Made by a program: the position numbers and the translations under genes. Below the pieces are notes generated by a model. The model ran no database searches. It was not told where the DNA came from and worked only from the letters and a program-made list of their open reading frames with translations. Source: an uncultured virus (IMG/VR IMGVR_UViG_3300042883_000765) (lineage: Duplodnaviria > Heunggongvirae > Uroviricota > Caudoviricetes). From it: a stretch of 64,000 nt of DNA. Each line of letters starts with the position of its first letter. Positions within the stretch are counted from its first letter, which is position 1. Positions 37,467-47,907 of this stretch are shown piece after piece. The DNA lies in IMG/VR virus record IMGVR_UViG_3300042883_000765; one strand, 5' to 3'.

Positions 37467-38146
37467 TGACTAACCCCGGATTCCTTTTAGCAGAAGATGC
37501 CGCTGTAAAGGCCCGTTTCTCGGGTATGACCGTAACAGATGATAAGAATGCCGCACGACCCGTACAGGTGTTCTTCCGTTACCCTGAGGGTGACACAGAG
37601 CGAACCTACCCATTTATTACCATTGAAATGATTGACATTGTTCATGCCTTGGATCGTCAGCATTCAGAAGTACAGTTATATGCTTCCACTAGCGGAGCCG
37701 CTTCTTTGCAATATACGGGGCCAAACGCTCTTCAATACTGGCCTAGCGAGCACTATAATTTTACACAATTTGCTGCGTCTGCTTCTATGGTTGCCACCAA
37801 TGAATTTGTACCAGTAGATATCCTATATCAGGTGTCTACTTACACCCGCTCTGCATTGCATGACCGCCAACTTAGTTCTCAAATGCTCCATAGTCGCGCT
37901 CGTTTGCGTTATGGCTTTATAGATGTACCTGAGGATGGAACCATCCGCAGATTTGATCTCCTTGATTGGGTTACAGCCGACCTCCTTGACCCTGAGGCTG
38001 GCTACCGAAAGAGGATATTTAGAAAAGTGTATACTTTAAAAATGTCCGCAGAAATGACAACTACAAGTATGGTAGCCTCTAAGCGAGTTGCCACAATTAG
38101 TAGTAGTATTTCTGATACGAACTCCAACCTGACCGAAACCTATTAA
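37466..38146 (+). CDS. Tail terminator-like protein
   Basis: YPFITIE..YQVSTYTR..HDR; precedes the sheath gene. Confidence 0.65.
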   Translation: MTNPGFLLAEDAAVKARFSGMTVTDDKNAARPVQVFFRYPEGDTERTYPFITIEMIDIVHALDRQHSEVQLYASTSGAASLQYTGPNALQYWPSEHYNFTQFAASASMVATNEFVPVDILYQVSTYTRSALHDRQLSSQMLHSRARLRYGFIDVPEDGTIRRFDLLDWVTADLLDPEAGYRKRIFRKVYTLKMSAEMTTTSMVASKRVATISSSISDTNSNLTETY

Positions 38147-38168
38147 ATAATCCACTGGAGGATTACTC

Positions 38169-39734
38169 ATGGCTTATACCCGCCCCGGAGTCTATGTAAC
38201 AGAATCTCCGTTAAAGACAATTGCACGAGCAGACAACGGAACCGCTACTGCGGCTTTTGTTGGTATTAACCCTCGTGGACCACTTACTCCAACCCTGATT
38301 ACCTCATGGTCCGCATATACCAATCAATTTGGTGACCTTAACACCTTATATGATTTGGGTTATGCCGTATATCAATTCTTTGCCAATGGTGGTCGTAGTT
38401 GTTATGTATCTCGCGTTACTTACGCTAACGCAGTCAAAGCCACCGCTGCTTCAGTTATGTACTACCAGCCAAATAGCACTACTGCGTCAGCCTCATTGTT
38501 TAGTGCCACGGCGCTTGATCCAGGTACTTTTGGTAATGACATCACGCTAACCACAACTGCTGGCACCACCACATTAGATGTGGCTTCAAATAACTTCCCA
38601 ACATTTAACTTGTCGGTTAAACTAAATGGTGTAGAAGTTGAATTATGGAATGAACTCAGTCCATCACCAAACAGTAGCCGTTATGCTCCAATTATTGTTA
38701 ACAACTACTCTGCATATGTAAATCTTACTAATTTTGCCGCACAGACATCGGCATCCGCTGGGTTTACTTACACAGGAGCGAGCGTTGCTGGATTTGCTTT
38801 AAATAAAGCATTTACTGGTGGTACTGCTGGTACTGCCGCTGTCGGATCAGCCGCACCAGCAGATTGGGACACCCCATTCTCTACGGCTTTTAATGATTTG
38901 ATTAGTATTCCTGAACCTCTTATTATTAACGCAGTTGGTCAATTCCGTTCTGAAATTGTCAAGTCAGCACTCGCAGTTGCCGCTACTCGCGGTGATTCAT
39001 TTGTGATTATTGACCCAGACCCGTCACTTACCACGCAGGTTGGTATCTCAGCAGTGGCTAACACCTATAACTCTGATCAGGGTTATGGCGCAGTGTATTA
39101 CCCAATGTTGAAGATGACCGATCCCACTAAGACTGGTGTTGGCGCAATCCGTGACACATTCCCAGGTGGTGCAGTTGCTGGTATGTTTGCTCGTACTGAG
39201 GTAGAGCGCACAGTTGCTAAGGCTCCCGCAGGTTACAGCCTTGAGGTTCGTAATGCTCTCGGACTTGTTACTCCGTTCACAGAAGTAACAGTCGGATTGT
39301 TGTACGAATCAGGTGTTAATACTTTTAAGGCAGTTCCTGGCGCTGGAATTATTATCCAAGGTGCTCGTACTTTGAACTTGAATAAGGCTGACAAATACAT
39401 CCCTGTTCGTCGTACTTTAAACTATGTTAAGAACGGTTCAAAAGAACTCACTCAGTTTGCTCTCTTTGAACCCAACGATTCGCGTTTGTGGTCAAGCATT
39501 ACTGTAAAACTTAACAAGTTTTTGGCTGATTTGTGGGGATCGGGTGGACTTAAGGGTCGTACCCCGAGCGAGGCATTCTTTGTTGTATGTAACTCCACAA
39601 ACAACACAGCAACATCTATTAGTAACGGACAAGTGAATGTACAAATTGGTGTATCGTTGTTGTACCCAGCGGAATTTATTGTTATTAATGTAAGTCAATG
39701 GCTTGGTGGAAGTACCACCATTGAAACTATCTAA
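38169..39734 (+). CDS. Contractile tail sheath protein
   Basis: RPGVYV.E..AAFVG..RGP; KAPAG; GARTL..YIPVRR; FALFEPND; PAEFIVI. Confidence 0.95.
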   Translation: MAYTRPGVYVTESPLKTIARADNGTATAAFVGINPRGPLTPTLITSWSAYTNQFGDLNTLYDLGYAVYQFFANGGRSCYVSRVTYANAVKATAASVMYYQPNSTTASASLFSATALDPGTFGNDITLTTTAGTTTLDVASNNFPTFNLSVKLNGVEVELWNELSPSPNSSRYAPIIVNNYSAYVNLTNFAAQTSASAGFTYTGASVAGFALNKAFTGGTAGTAAVGSAAPADWDTPFSTAFNDLISIPEPLIINAVGQFRSEIVKSALAVAATRGDSFVIIDPDPSLTTQVGISAVANTYNSDQGYGAVYYPMLKMTDPTKTGVGAIRDTFPGGAVAGMFARTEVERTVAKAPAGYSLEVRNALGLVTPFTEVTVGLLYESGVNTFKAVPGAGIIIQGARTLNLNKADKYIPVRRTLNYVKNGSKELTQFALFEPNDSRLWSSITVKLNKFLADLWGSGGLKGRTPSEAFFVVCNSTNNTATSISNGQVNVQIGVSLLYPAEFIVINVSQWLGGSTTIETI

Positions 39735-39742
39735 GGAGAAAC

Positions 39743-40393
39743 ATGGCAGTATTAACTCGTACCGATCCATTGCGTGACTTTAAGTTCACGGTAAAGATTG
39801 TCCCAACGGGGATTTTGGAAGATGCTACCCCGAACATTGGTAATCTTGGTTTTGCCGTTGTTACTGGACTAAGCGTTACTAACGAAATGATCCCTTATCG
39901 TGAAGGTGGTATGAATACCCATCCACACAAGATGATTGGTCAGTCAGACTTTAACCCCATTACCTTCAGTCGTGGCGTGTTTGAAGGACAAGACCAATTG
40001 TGGCGCTGGCAGCAATTCATGCATTCTTGGACTCAAGGTGCTCTTGCTGATGATGCTGGTAGTACTGGTAGCCGTAATGATTACCGTTGTAACATTATTG
40101 TTACTGTTTATGACCACCCATTCACAGCAGCAGCAGCAGATAGTTCTGGTAATGCGGGTTATTCACAGGACCCAGGGTCATTGGGTCGTGTTATCTCTCC
40201 TGGTAATAAGAAACTTGAATTCACAATCTATAATGCATGGCCCGCTGGCTATGCATTAGGTGACCTCAACGCTGGTAATAGTTCAATCATGATCCAGCAG
40301 ATGACGGTTAACCATGAAGGTTTTGAAATTAACTGGAATCCAACTAACGAACCCGCAACTTCAACCCCAACCACAACCCCAGTCGCAGTCTGA
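39743..40393 (+). CDS. Tail tube protein (T4 gp19-like)
   Basis: DPLRDFKF..YREGG..ITFSRG..NAWP..DLNAG..HEG. Confidence 0.92.
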   Translation: MAVLTRTDPLRDFKFTVKIVPTGILEDATPNIGNLGFAVVTGLSVTNEMIPYREGGMNTHPHKMIGQSDFNPITFSRGVFEGQDQLWRWQQFMHSWTQGALADDAGSTGSRNDYRCNIIVTVYDHPFTAAAADSSGNAGYSQDPGSLGRVISPGNKKLEFTIYNAWPAGYALGDLNAGNSSIMIQQMTVNHEGFEINWNPTNEPATSTPTTTPVAV

Positions 40394-40445
40394 TACATAA
40401 CACTCATTAGGGTGTATATTATGAGTACCTAACAAGGAGCATTAC

Positions 40446-41219
40446 ATGACAACAAATGTCCAGAGTTTTGACGCTATCTCTATGGAGAGCGCGCCAACCA
40501 TGCCTAAGCCACCCAATACGGGTGTTGAACTTATTCGTGGAATTAAAATAGGAAGTGATTGGGTTACAAATGCAATCGTCCGGGAGATGACTGGTGAGGA
40601 TGAAGAATTCCTTTCCAGCATGGAAGCCCGAACAACTTCTAACTATGGTGAGTATGTACTTGCCTTGTTGAAGCGCGTTGTTGTATCAATTGGTGATATC
40701 TCAATTAAGCAAACTCCAGTAGTTCTTAACGAGTTGATTATTGGAGATCGTGACTTACTATTCTTGGCAGTTATTCGCGCTACATACGGCGAAACGCGAG
40801 AATTCAAAGTTTCGTGCCCACATTGCAATCAATCAAACGATTTACTTATTGACCTGAACTCTGACTTCCCAATTGAGGGAGATCAAGAGTCAGTCCGCAA
40901 GCAAATCAAAGTTATCCTCAGGGATGGTTCAACACTTAACTTGAATCACCCCAACTCAGATGACAGCGCCAAGATTGGTCGTTCAGGTAAAAATACAGCG
41001 CAACAAAACACCATGATGATCGCCCGTTGCGCTCAGATTGATGTTACTAATAAAGAACAATGGGCACGAAATCTAAGCATTGCAGATCGTTCTACCATTA
41101 TCAGTGCAGTATTCAACGCCAAAGTAGGCCCGAGTCCTCGGGAGGTGAATGCCCCGTGCGGACACTGTAATGAGGAGATTACATTGATGTTTGACTGGGT
41201 CTCACTTTTATTCGGTTAA
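40446..41219 (+). CDS. Tail assembly chaperone (T4 gp26-like)
   Basis: VREMTGEDEE, IGDRD.L, two CxxC motifs. Confidence 0.8.
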   Translation: MTTNVQSFDAISMESAPTMPKPPNTGVELIRGIKIGSDWVTNAIVREMTGEDEEFLSSMEARTTSNYGEYVLALLKRVVVSIGDISIKQTPVVLNELIIGDRDLLFLAVIRATYGETREFKVSCPHCNQSNDLLIDLNSDFPIEGDQESVRKQIKVILRDGSTLNLNHPNSDDSAKIGRSGKNTAQQNTMMIARCAQIDVTNKEQWARNLSIADRSTIISAVFNAKVGPSPREVNAPCGHCNEEITLMFDWVSLLFG

Positions 41220-41358
41220 TATTGATAATATATACTGGGAATACAACTCCATAGCCACTGTCTACAAAGGATTTTCTTTAAATGAGGTAAAGAACATGCC
41301 CGTCAGAGAACGGCTGTTCTGGGGAAAGTTAGCACGGTGGCAAAGTAATGGAGGGTAG
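41191..41358 (+). CDS. Second chaperone reading frame (gp51/GT-like), possibly reached by frameshift
   Basis: +1 frame reads ..IYWEYNSIATVYKGFSLNEVKNMPVRERLFW..; no ATG near its 5' end. Confidence 0.6.
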   Translation: MTGSHFYSVNIDNIYWEYNSIATVYKGFSLNEVKNMPVRERLFWGKLARWQSNGG

Positions 41359-41360
41359 TC

Positions 41361-44060
41361 ATGGCACCGCCAAATGAACCAAACATAGCAGGAAATGGCG
41401 CTACCCCTACCCCAATCACTGGCGGAGGAAGTCGTCTTGCAAAGATGACACGGGAGGCAACTTCATTGTCGGTTGCTCTTGCTGGTGTTGCTAGATCATT
41501 AGATGCCATTACTGCCAAAGGAACTAAAGCCGCCGCCGCTCTAAAGGGGATTAATGTTGGCGCTATTGGGGGTGTCACCACTGGTGTTGCTCAGGGTAGC
41601 CAAGGTCATCCAGTACTAGTTAATAGTGGTCCAGCATCCACCACTAGTAGTAACACTAACTACAGTCTTGATCCAGCCGCAAGTGGTGGTAATCGCCGCA
41701 TGTCTGCAATGGAGATAATGCAACAAAGTCGTGGTGGAGCATTCACGAGTGCGGCAATGGCTATTGGTAATGTGGTTGGTGCTGGTGTTGCGGCAATGGA
41801 TTCGCGTATTGCGCGAGGTTATGAATATTCATCATCAGCCGACAAGATGTCAGTTATGTATCAACAAATTACTGGTCTCAGTAATGCTGGTGTCCGTAAT
41901 GCTTACCGCCAACCATTAACTAACTACCGCCTCGGTACTAACGGTATTAATGCCCTAATGGGAATGCAGGCATCTACTGGTATTAGTGCTCTTGGTAATG
42001 CATCCACTGTTGAGGGCTTAAATGCTCTATCGGGATACAGCCTCGGTGCTGAGGGTGTTACTAATATGCTTACTAGTTTAGGTAGCGCCCAAACTACTAA
42101 CCGCATGTTCATGATGACTGGTCAAAGTCTATATATGCCTGGGGGTGGTCAGCGTAGTGGTACTGAAGTTATCCAAAACCTAGCGCGAGCATCAGGTTTA
42201 ACTAATCTCAGAAACCCTGGCGGTGCCTTACAGCAAGGTAGTAATACGCGTTCCCGCTTAGCAGATATGGGTATTGACTCTGCCACTCAAGACATAGTTA
42301 TCCAATATGCAATGGCAAACCAGCAGTATGCTGCTAAGGGTGGCAAGGGTATGTATGACCCTTCTAGCAAGTCTCAGAGGGAGTTTGTAGGTATTGAAGA
42401 CAACTTCGCTACACAGATTGAAGAAACCACGCGCGTCAAAACTGGGCGCGAAGAAGATTTCTATGGTCGTCAACAGGACAACTTTGCCAAACTTGAAAAG
42501 ACAACTCAAAGCCTTGAACGGGCATTTGGGGACCTTGAGGATAGGCTTTCAGGAATTGTTGGTAAGGCTATTGAAACCAAGCCTCAGCGAAAGGCGACTG
42601 GTGGTGTACTTAAGGCATTAGGTCCAGCCGCAATGATGGCTGGTGCGGCTATTTCTACCACTGGTGTTGGCGCCGCTGTTGGTGTGCCATTAATGATACT
42701 TGGTGGTCTTGCAACTGCATTCGGTGGTGCTATGGATGGTCCTGCTGGTGACCCAGGTCCTGGTCGTAATCTACCCTCAATGGGTAAAACTGGTGATCCA
42801 AATACATCAGGTGTCACAGGGAAAATGCACCCCACCATGCAACAGCGTGTGGATCAACTAATTGCCGCATCTGGTGGAAAAGTTGGATTGGGTACAGGTT
42901 ACCGTAGTAAAGCCGCCCAAGAAACTATGTTCCGCTCGCGTTATCGTAAGACCTCTAGCCCTGTGGATGCTGAAGGTAAAAAGAACTGGGAATGGGATGG
43001 CTCTTACTGGGAGCATGTGAGTGGTGCTCAAGCCGCTCCTCCTGGTCGCTCAATGCACGAAATTGGTCTTGCGGCTGACTTAACTGGTGACATGAGTTGG
43101 GTTACCGCTAATGCCGCCCGCTTTGGTTTGAAGCACTTTGAAAGTATGGGGGAGCCTTGGCATGTCCAGCCATCGGAACTTCCTAATGGTCGTACTGAAT
43201 ACGAAAAGCAGGGCCGCCCTTGGGGTGGTGAGCCAATGTCATCAGGAGGTGTCTCATCTGGAAGAACTGAACACACTGATGATGCTTACGGAGGTGGTGG
43301 TACCACTAACGCAGGCGTAACTACTGCATCTTTTGCGGGTATGAGCATGGCTGATGCTATCTCTGCGTTCCGAGCAAGTGGATTTCTTGGTTCTACTGGT
43401 TTAAGTGGTGGAAAAGGTAGCCCGCGGCGCCGAGGTGGTGTTGGTTCATCCACTATGCCTACTAAGTCTGGTGGTCAACTAACTGGTGAAGATGTAGCAC
43501 GATATGCATACAACGCTGGTTTCCGTGGTGAAAACCTAGTTAAAGCAGTGGCTATTGCTTACCGTGAGAGTAGGTGGAATGCGGGGTCGTATAACCCTAA
43601 TGCCTCTACTAAAGATTTGTCGTACGGCCTCATGCAGATCAACATGATCGGCGCTCTTGGACCATCACGACTTAAGCAATTTGGTCTTTCTAGTAATGAA
43701 GAATTATATGACCCAGCGATAAACATGAAAGCCGCCTTCCAAATGTCTGGCGGTAAAGACTTCTATGCGTGGGGTCCATATAAGGGTAAAGACGCTTTAT
43801 ATAGCACTAACCCTGAGGCGGCTCGTCAGGCAGTTATAAATGCAGGATTTAGTGATACAGGTGACCCTGACCTCCGCACCTCATCACGAGGTAGTGGTAT
43901 GAGTGTTTCTACTTTAACAACTGGTGCAACTTTTAATATTGCCCCAGTTATTAATGTAAACGGAAGTGATAATCCGCAGGCTGACGCACAGATTATTGCT
44001 CGTGAGGTAACAATGATTATTGAGCGCGAAATGCGATTAAGGAATATGAGGAACGCATAA
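41361..44060 (+). CDS. Tape measure protein with M15 peptidase and lytic transglycosylase domains
   Basis: GYRS..Q..AAPPGRSMHEIGLAAD..EPWH; AIAYRES..YGLMQIN..DPAIN. Confidence 0.88.
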   Translation: MAPPNEPNIAGNGATPTPITGGGSRLAKMTREATSLSVALAGVARSLDAITAKGTKAAAALKGINVGAIGGVTTGVAQGSQGHPVLVNSGPASTTSSNTNYSLDPAASGGNRRMSAMEIMQQSRGGAFTSAAMAIGNVVGAGVAAMDSRIARGYEYSSSADKMSVMYQQITGLSNAGVRNAYRQPLTNYRLGTNGINALMGMQASTGISALGNASTVEGLNALSGYSLGAEGVTNMLTSLGSAQTTNRMFMMTGQSLYMPGGGQRSGTEVIQNLARASGLTNLRNPGGALQQGSNTRSRLADMGIDSATQDIVIQYAMANQQYAAKGGKGMYDPSSKSQREFVGIEDNFATQIEETTRVKTGREEDFYGRQQDNFAKLEKTTQSLERAFGDLEDRLSGIVGKAIETKPQRKATGGVLKALGPAAMMAGAAISTTGVGAAVGVPLMILGGLATAFGGAMDGPAGDPGPGRNLPSMGKTGDPNTSGVTGKMHPTMQQRVDQLIAASGGKVGLGTGYRSKAAQETMFRSRYRKTSSPVDAEGKKNWEWDGSYWEHVSGAQAAPPGRSMHEIGLAADLTGDMSWVTANAARFGLKHFESMGEPWHVQPSELPNGRTEYEKQGRPWGGEPMSSGGVSSGRTEHTDDAYGGGGTTNAGVTTASFAGMSMADAISAFRASGFLGSTGLSGGKGSPRRRGGVGSSTMPTKSGGQLTGEDVARYAYNAGFRGENLVKAVAIAYRESRWNAGSYNPNASTKDLSYGLMQINMIGALGPSRLKQFGLSSNEELYDPAINMKAAFQMSGGKDFYAWGPYKGKDALYSTNPEAARQAVINAGFSDTGDPDLRTSSRGSGMSVSTLTTGATFNIAPVINVNGSDNPQADAQIIAREVTMIIEREMRLRNMRNA

Positions 44061-45889
44061 TGGCACGGGCAAATGAGTCTTATACAACAAACCAGTGGTA
44101 CAACTTAGAAAATGGAGTTACTGGCCCTGGAAATCACAATAGTTTCAGTCGCACTACTTCCGACAACCCTAGGTTTATGTTCCCGGGTTCGGTCGTACCT
44201 GGAGCGCAGGATAGGCGTAGAAATATTGGTCTTGACGGAGATGAATTTATATTTCCCCCAAATGCAAGTAAAATACAGCGTGGGTTTATGCGGTGCTTAT
44301 TAAATGAAGTACCAACTAGTGCAGCAAAAGGTCTCCCTAACCGACGCTTCTTTTTTCAGTTTAACCCTGAGCGTATTATGCGTAGTGTCTCACTTTCTAG
44401 TGGTATGACAAACATACTATTTCAAGACCCGGGACAGTTCTCAGTAGCAACTCCTGGTAATGCCACTTTCTCTTTTGATATCATGCTTAACCGAGAAATG
44501 GAAGTTAATAATCATAAGAAAAACTACAGAGACAGGCCAGCGGATAAGAATGTAGGTAAACCACCAGGCCCCCAGGATGTAGGGCAAATTGGTGTGCTTG
44601 CAGACCTAATGGTTATGGACAGTGTTATTGGTCAAGGTATATCTGAAGATATTATTTCTGCCCTGTCTAAAATTACCAGTGTTTCTAGTACCTGGGAACC
44701 TGCGGACTCTTCATCAGGTGCATCTGGTAATACTAATTATATTTCAGAACAAGTAGCATCTGATGCGTTTAAATCAATTAAGGGTAACAGTGCTTTTCTA
44801 GTTAGTACGCCTGTTCGTATTGTTTTCTCAGCCATGTTCATGGTTGATGGTTTTATTCAATCATCATCTGTTAACTTCACTAAATTTAGTACTCAAATGG
44901 TTCCTACTATGTGTACCATTAATGTGACAGTTGAAGCAAAGTATATTGGTTTTGCTAAAAAAGATACATATCTAACACAAGCACTAGGTAAAATAAAAGC
45001 CGCACCGCCAACCTCTGGTGGTGGTGGTGGTGGTGGTGGTGACACATTACCTAAAGATAAAAAAGGTGCTGATTATGATGTACTTGTAAAGGCAATTAAA
45101 GATTCGGGAATGTACCAAATAGCACTTGGTGGTACTAGCGATCCAGATCACCCTGCATTTGGGGAACTAGTTGCAGGTGCATCTTTTGGGGACCCCGATG
45201 AGCACAAAGAATTCAACACATTAAAACCATGGGAACAGTGGAAAGGTTACAAGGATGTTTGGGAAATATTACATTATGGTACCTTTTTGCTAGTTGCTGG
45301 GTTTGTAAATATGAGAACAGGATCAACAAATGCACCATACAAGGGTATTTCTAAATTGTTCTTTGACCGGCAATACGATGTAACAATTGAGCATACTCCA
45401 AAAGTTAAAATATGGCGACAATTTGTAGGAACAGAAAAAGAATTTGCAAATGCTGACCCTGAAAAGAAAACAACATCAGGTCAGAAAATAGGGCCAGGGA
45501 CTAAAAAGTACAGTGTATCTCGTGATGTTCTTTTATTAAATGTTGAGGGAGTAAAGGCAACTGCAACAACTATTGAAGAATGGAAAAAATGGGCTAGGTA
45601 TGGAAGTGATGATACAAATAAAATACCGAGTCACGATAATATACCTAACAATGTGTTTAAAGATTCAGGTGCGTCAGAAATATTTGCCAACAAATTATAT
45701 TTAGAAGGTTCTCATGCTGATAATTATAGGACTACAAAAATACTTATGGACTTTGAAGTACATTTTTCTGCAACTATTTCTAAACCAGGTAGTTCTGATA
45801 AATCAACATTTTCAAAGATAATTAAGTTTTATACGGAAACAACCGCAGACAATATATGTCACAGACATTTCAATTTCAACGCAATCTGA
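44060..45889 (+). CDS. Tail tube initiator / baseplate-associated protein
   Basis: FQFNPE motif directly after the tape measure gene; Gly8 linker. Confidence 0.6.
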   Translation: MARANESYTTNQWYNLENGVTGPGNHNSFSRTTSDNPRFMFPGSVVPGAQDRRRNIGLDGDEFIFPPNASKIQRGFMRCLLNEVPTSAAKGLPNRRFFFQFNPERIMRSVSLSSGMTNILFQDPGQFSVATPGNATFSFDIMLNREMEVNNHKKNYRDRPADKNVGKPPGPQDVGQIGVLADLMVMDSVIGQGISEDIISALSKITSVSSTWEPADSSSGASGNTNYISEQVASDAFKSIKGNSAFLVSTPVRIVFSAMFMVDGFIQSSSVNFTKFSTQMVPTMCTINVTVEAKYIGFAKKDTYLTQALGKIKAAPPTSGGGGGGGGDTLPKDKKGADYDVLVKAIKDSGMYQIALGGTSDPDHPAFGELVAGASFGDPDEHKEFNTLKPWEQWKGYKDVWEILHYGTFLLVAGFVNMRTGSTNAPYKGISKLFFDRQYDVTIEHTPKVKIWRQFVGTEKEFANADPEKKTTSGQKIGPGTKKYSVSRDVLLLNVEGVKATATTIEEWKKWARYGSDDTNKIPSHDNIPNNVFKDSGASEIFANKLYLEGSHADNYRTTKILMDFEVHFSATISKPGSSDKSTFSKIIKFYTETTADNICHRHFNFNAI

Positions 45890-45976
45890 GTCATGATTGG
45901 TCAGTTAAGTTAAACATGAGCGACATTTTAAAGAAAAAAACACTAACACCTAGATGCTGGGATTGGACTCTCTAAT

Positions 45977-46237
45977 ATGGCGTTTGTACAATCAATATCA
46001 CGATATTCCACACAATCATCGCCTGATGGTAGTGGGGCATACATATCTACCCGTAGATATGGGGGTAACTCAAGGTACTACACATACACCTCAGTAGAAG
46101 GTGATACCTTTGATCGCATTGCCTTCCGTGCCCTTCATGACTCAGAACGCTACTGGGAGATTGCAGACATAAACTCTCATGTTCCTTTCCCTGATGAAAT
46201 CCCCGTGGGAACACTAGTTCGGATTCCACTTAAATGA
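45977..46237 (+). CDS. LysM-like baseplate protein (tail X)
   Basis: EGDTFDRIA..YWEIADIN..IPVGTLVRIP. Confidence 0.85.
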   Translation: MAFVQSISRYSTQSSPDGSGAYISTRRYGGNSRYYTYTSVEGDTFDRIAFRALHDSERYWEIADINSHVPFPDEIPVGTLVRIPLK

Positions 46238-47397
46238 TTTTTACATCGCATAGCCGCATATCACCAAACATCAACTTTGTGATAGACAACGCCCCTATGC
46301 GATATATGTCTATTGTTCAAATTGAATTAGGTCTTGCTGAAAATCAGCATGATATCCTGCGTGTGCGTGTGGCTGGTGTGCCACCACAACTACTCACAGA
46401 ATACCTATCTAAGCCCGTCCTTTGTTACTGGGGTTTTGGTATAGACAAGCATGAATTCTGTGGGTATGTTGCTTCGGTTGAACCTTCATTTAGAAACTCT
46501 GATGGTGTGATTAATGGAAGCACTTTTCAACTAGTTGAACTTGTGTGTATGGGCGCATCATACAAAATGCGCGCTAAGAAAACACGGCTGTGGGAAAACG
46601 CATCTATTCAAAATATTGCGACAACCTTGGCAGACGAATATAAGTTCAGTGTTTCTTCTGTGACTGAACCATTCGCATACCCCCGTATCATTCAGTCGGA
46701 AGAATCAGATTGGGAGTTTTTAAACAAAGTTGCCAGTATGTACGGATTGTCTGTATCAATGCATGGTACTCATATACATGTATGGAACCCTATGAACTCA
46801 CTGGGCCGACAAATCTCGTATCACCAACTCAAGAATATTAAAGCGCGTAATGGTGATACTAGAACATACCCCGCAGTAATTTTATCAATGCAGGGTATTT
46901 TTGGTGATTCTATTAAGCCATTAAGCACACATTCAGTATCAGCAACTGTATTAGATAATCAAGGTAAAACTTATACATCAAATAAGTTTAACGAGACCAC
47001 GGGATTTGGTAAACAGATTGATTTAGGTATTACTGACAGCGTCAGTGTTAACGCAACTTCCACCACTATGGCAGACACTCTCGTGTCCGCACACAATCGT
47101 GGCATTAATACCCTTACCGCACAGTTATCACTTACTGGGACTGCTGGAGTTCTCCCAGGTGGGATTGTCAGCATATCTAATTTTGAATCTAATTTTGAAG
47201 GTTTTTGGTATGTAAAAGAAGTTACACATACAGTTACTCGTGATGAATTCTTTACTCAAATAACAGTGTCACGAAAAGACACTAATGATATCAATGCGTA
47301 TATGACCATGCAATCAACTATGCCCGAGGTGCCAGAATCGGCGTTTGTGGATAGCACCTGGCGAGCATCTAGGCAAATGGAGGATATTTATGTTTAA
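46234..47397 (+). CDS. Baseplate hub (gp27/gpD-like)
   Basis: QSEESDWEFL.KVA; GFWYVKEVTH. Confidence 0.85.
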   Translation: MIFTSHSRISPNINFVIDNAPMRYMSIVQIELGLAENQHDILRVRVAGVPPQLLTEYLSKPVLCYWGFGIDKHEFCGYVASVEPSFRNSDGVINGSTFQLVELVCMGASYKMRAKKTRLWENASIQNIATTLADEYKFSVSSVTEPFAYPRIIQSEESDWEFLNKVASMYGLSVSMHGTHIHVWNPMNSLGRQISYHQLKNIKARNGDTRTYPAVILSMQGIFGDSIKPLSTHSVSATVLDNQGKTYTSNKFNETTGFGKQIDLGITDSVSVNATSTTMADTLVSAHNRGINTLTAQLSLTGTAGVLPGGIVSISNFESNFEGFWYVKEVTHTVTRDEFFTQITVSRKDTNDINAYMTMQSTMPEVPESAFVDSTWRASRQMEDIYV

Positions 47398-47509
47398 GGT
47401 AATCCTTAGAGGATTTTCAGTAATACTTATTGGAGCATTTATTACGAGCAGTTATATCTCATGGTGCGTCTATGCTTTATATAAGAATTCACAAGGTGAT
47501 ATTAAATGA
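47390..47509 (+). CDS. Small single-TM protein (39 aa; not in ORF track)
   Basis: GGAGG SD; MFKVILRGFSVILIGAFITSSYISWCVYALYKNSQGDIK; overlaps both neighbours. Confidence 0.55.
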   Translation: MFKVILRGFSVILIGAFITSSYISWCVYALYKNSQGDIK

Positions 47510-47907
47510 AAGCAATATATTTACCATTTCAATTTAAAAATGGATCAGTTGCTACTGTAGGTGATTTTGATTCTATTATTAAACAACAAATTTTAGATGT
47601 CCTATCGGTGTCTAATGAAGAGCGCGTCATGAACCCTGATTATGGTGTTGGGGCATACTCCATGATTTATGAATTAATTGATCCCCTTATTTGGGAAGAT
47701 TTTAAAGAGGTTGCTATGCGAGAAATCTCTAACAATGTTCGTGGTGTAAATATTATGGATATTGTTATTTCAAGCAATGATCCAGAACAAATGGGGAGCG
47801 AACAAACATCTGTTTATATATCTGTATTTTACGAAATATCACCATCACAAAAATCTAGTGTTACACTAAGTGTGAGCGACTTCTTGAGCGAGGATATTTA
47901 TGCCTAA
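47506..47907 (+). CDS. Baseplate wedge / sheath initiator (gp25/gpW-like)
   Basis: LPF..ERVMNPDYG. Confidence 0.88.
   Translation: MKAIYLPFQFKNGSVATVGDFDSIIKQQILDVLSVSNEERVMNPDYGVGAYSMIYELIDPLIWEDFKEVAMREISNNVRGVNIMDIVISSNDPEQMGSEQTSVYISVFYEISPSQKSSVTLSVSDFLSEDIYA

Noticed and set aside
45017..45040. (GGT)8 as a phase-variation tract
   Set aside because: In-frame triplet encoding a Gly linker; length change would not switch expression
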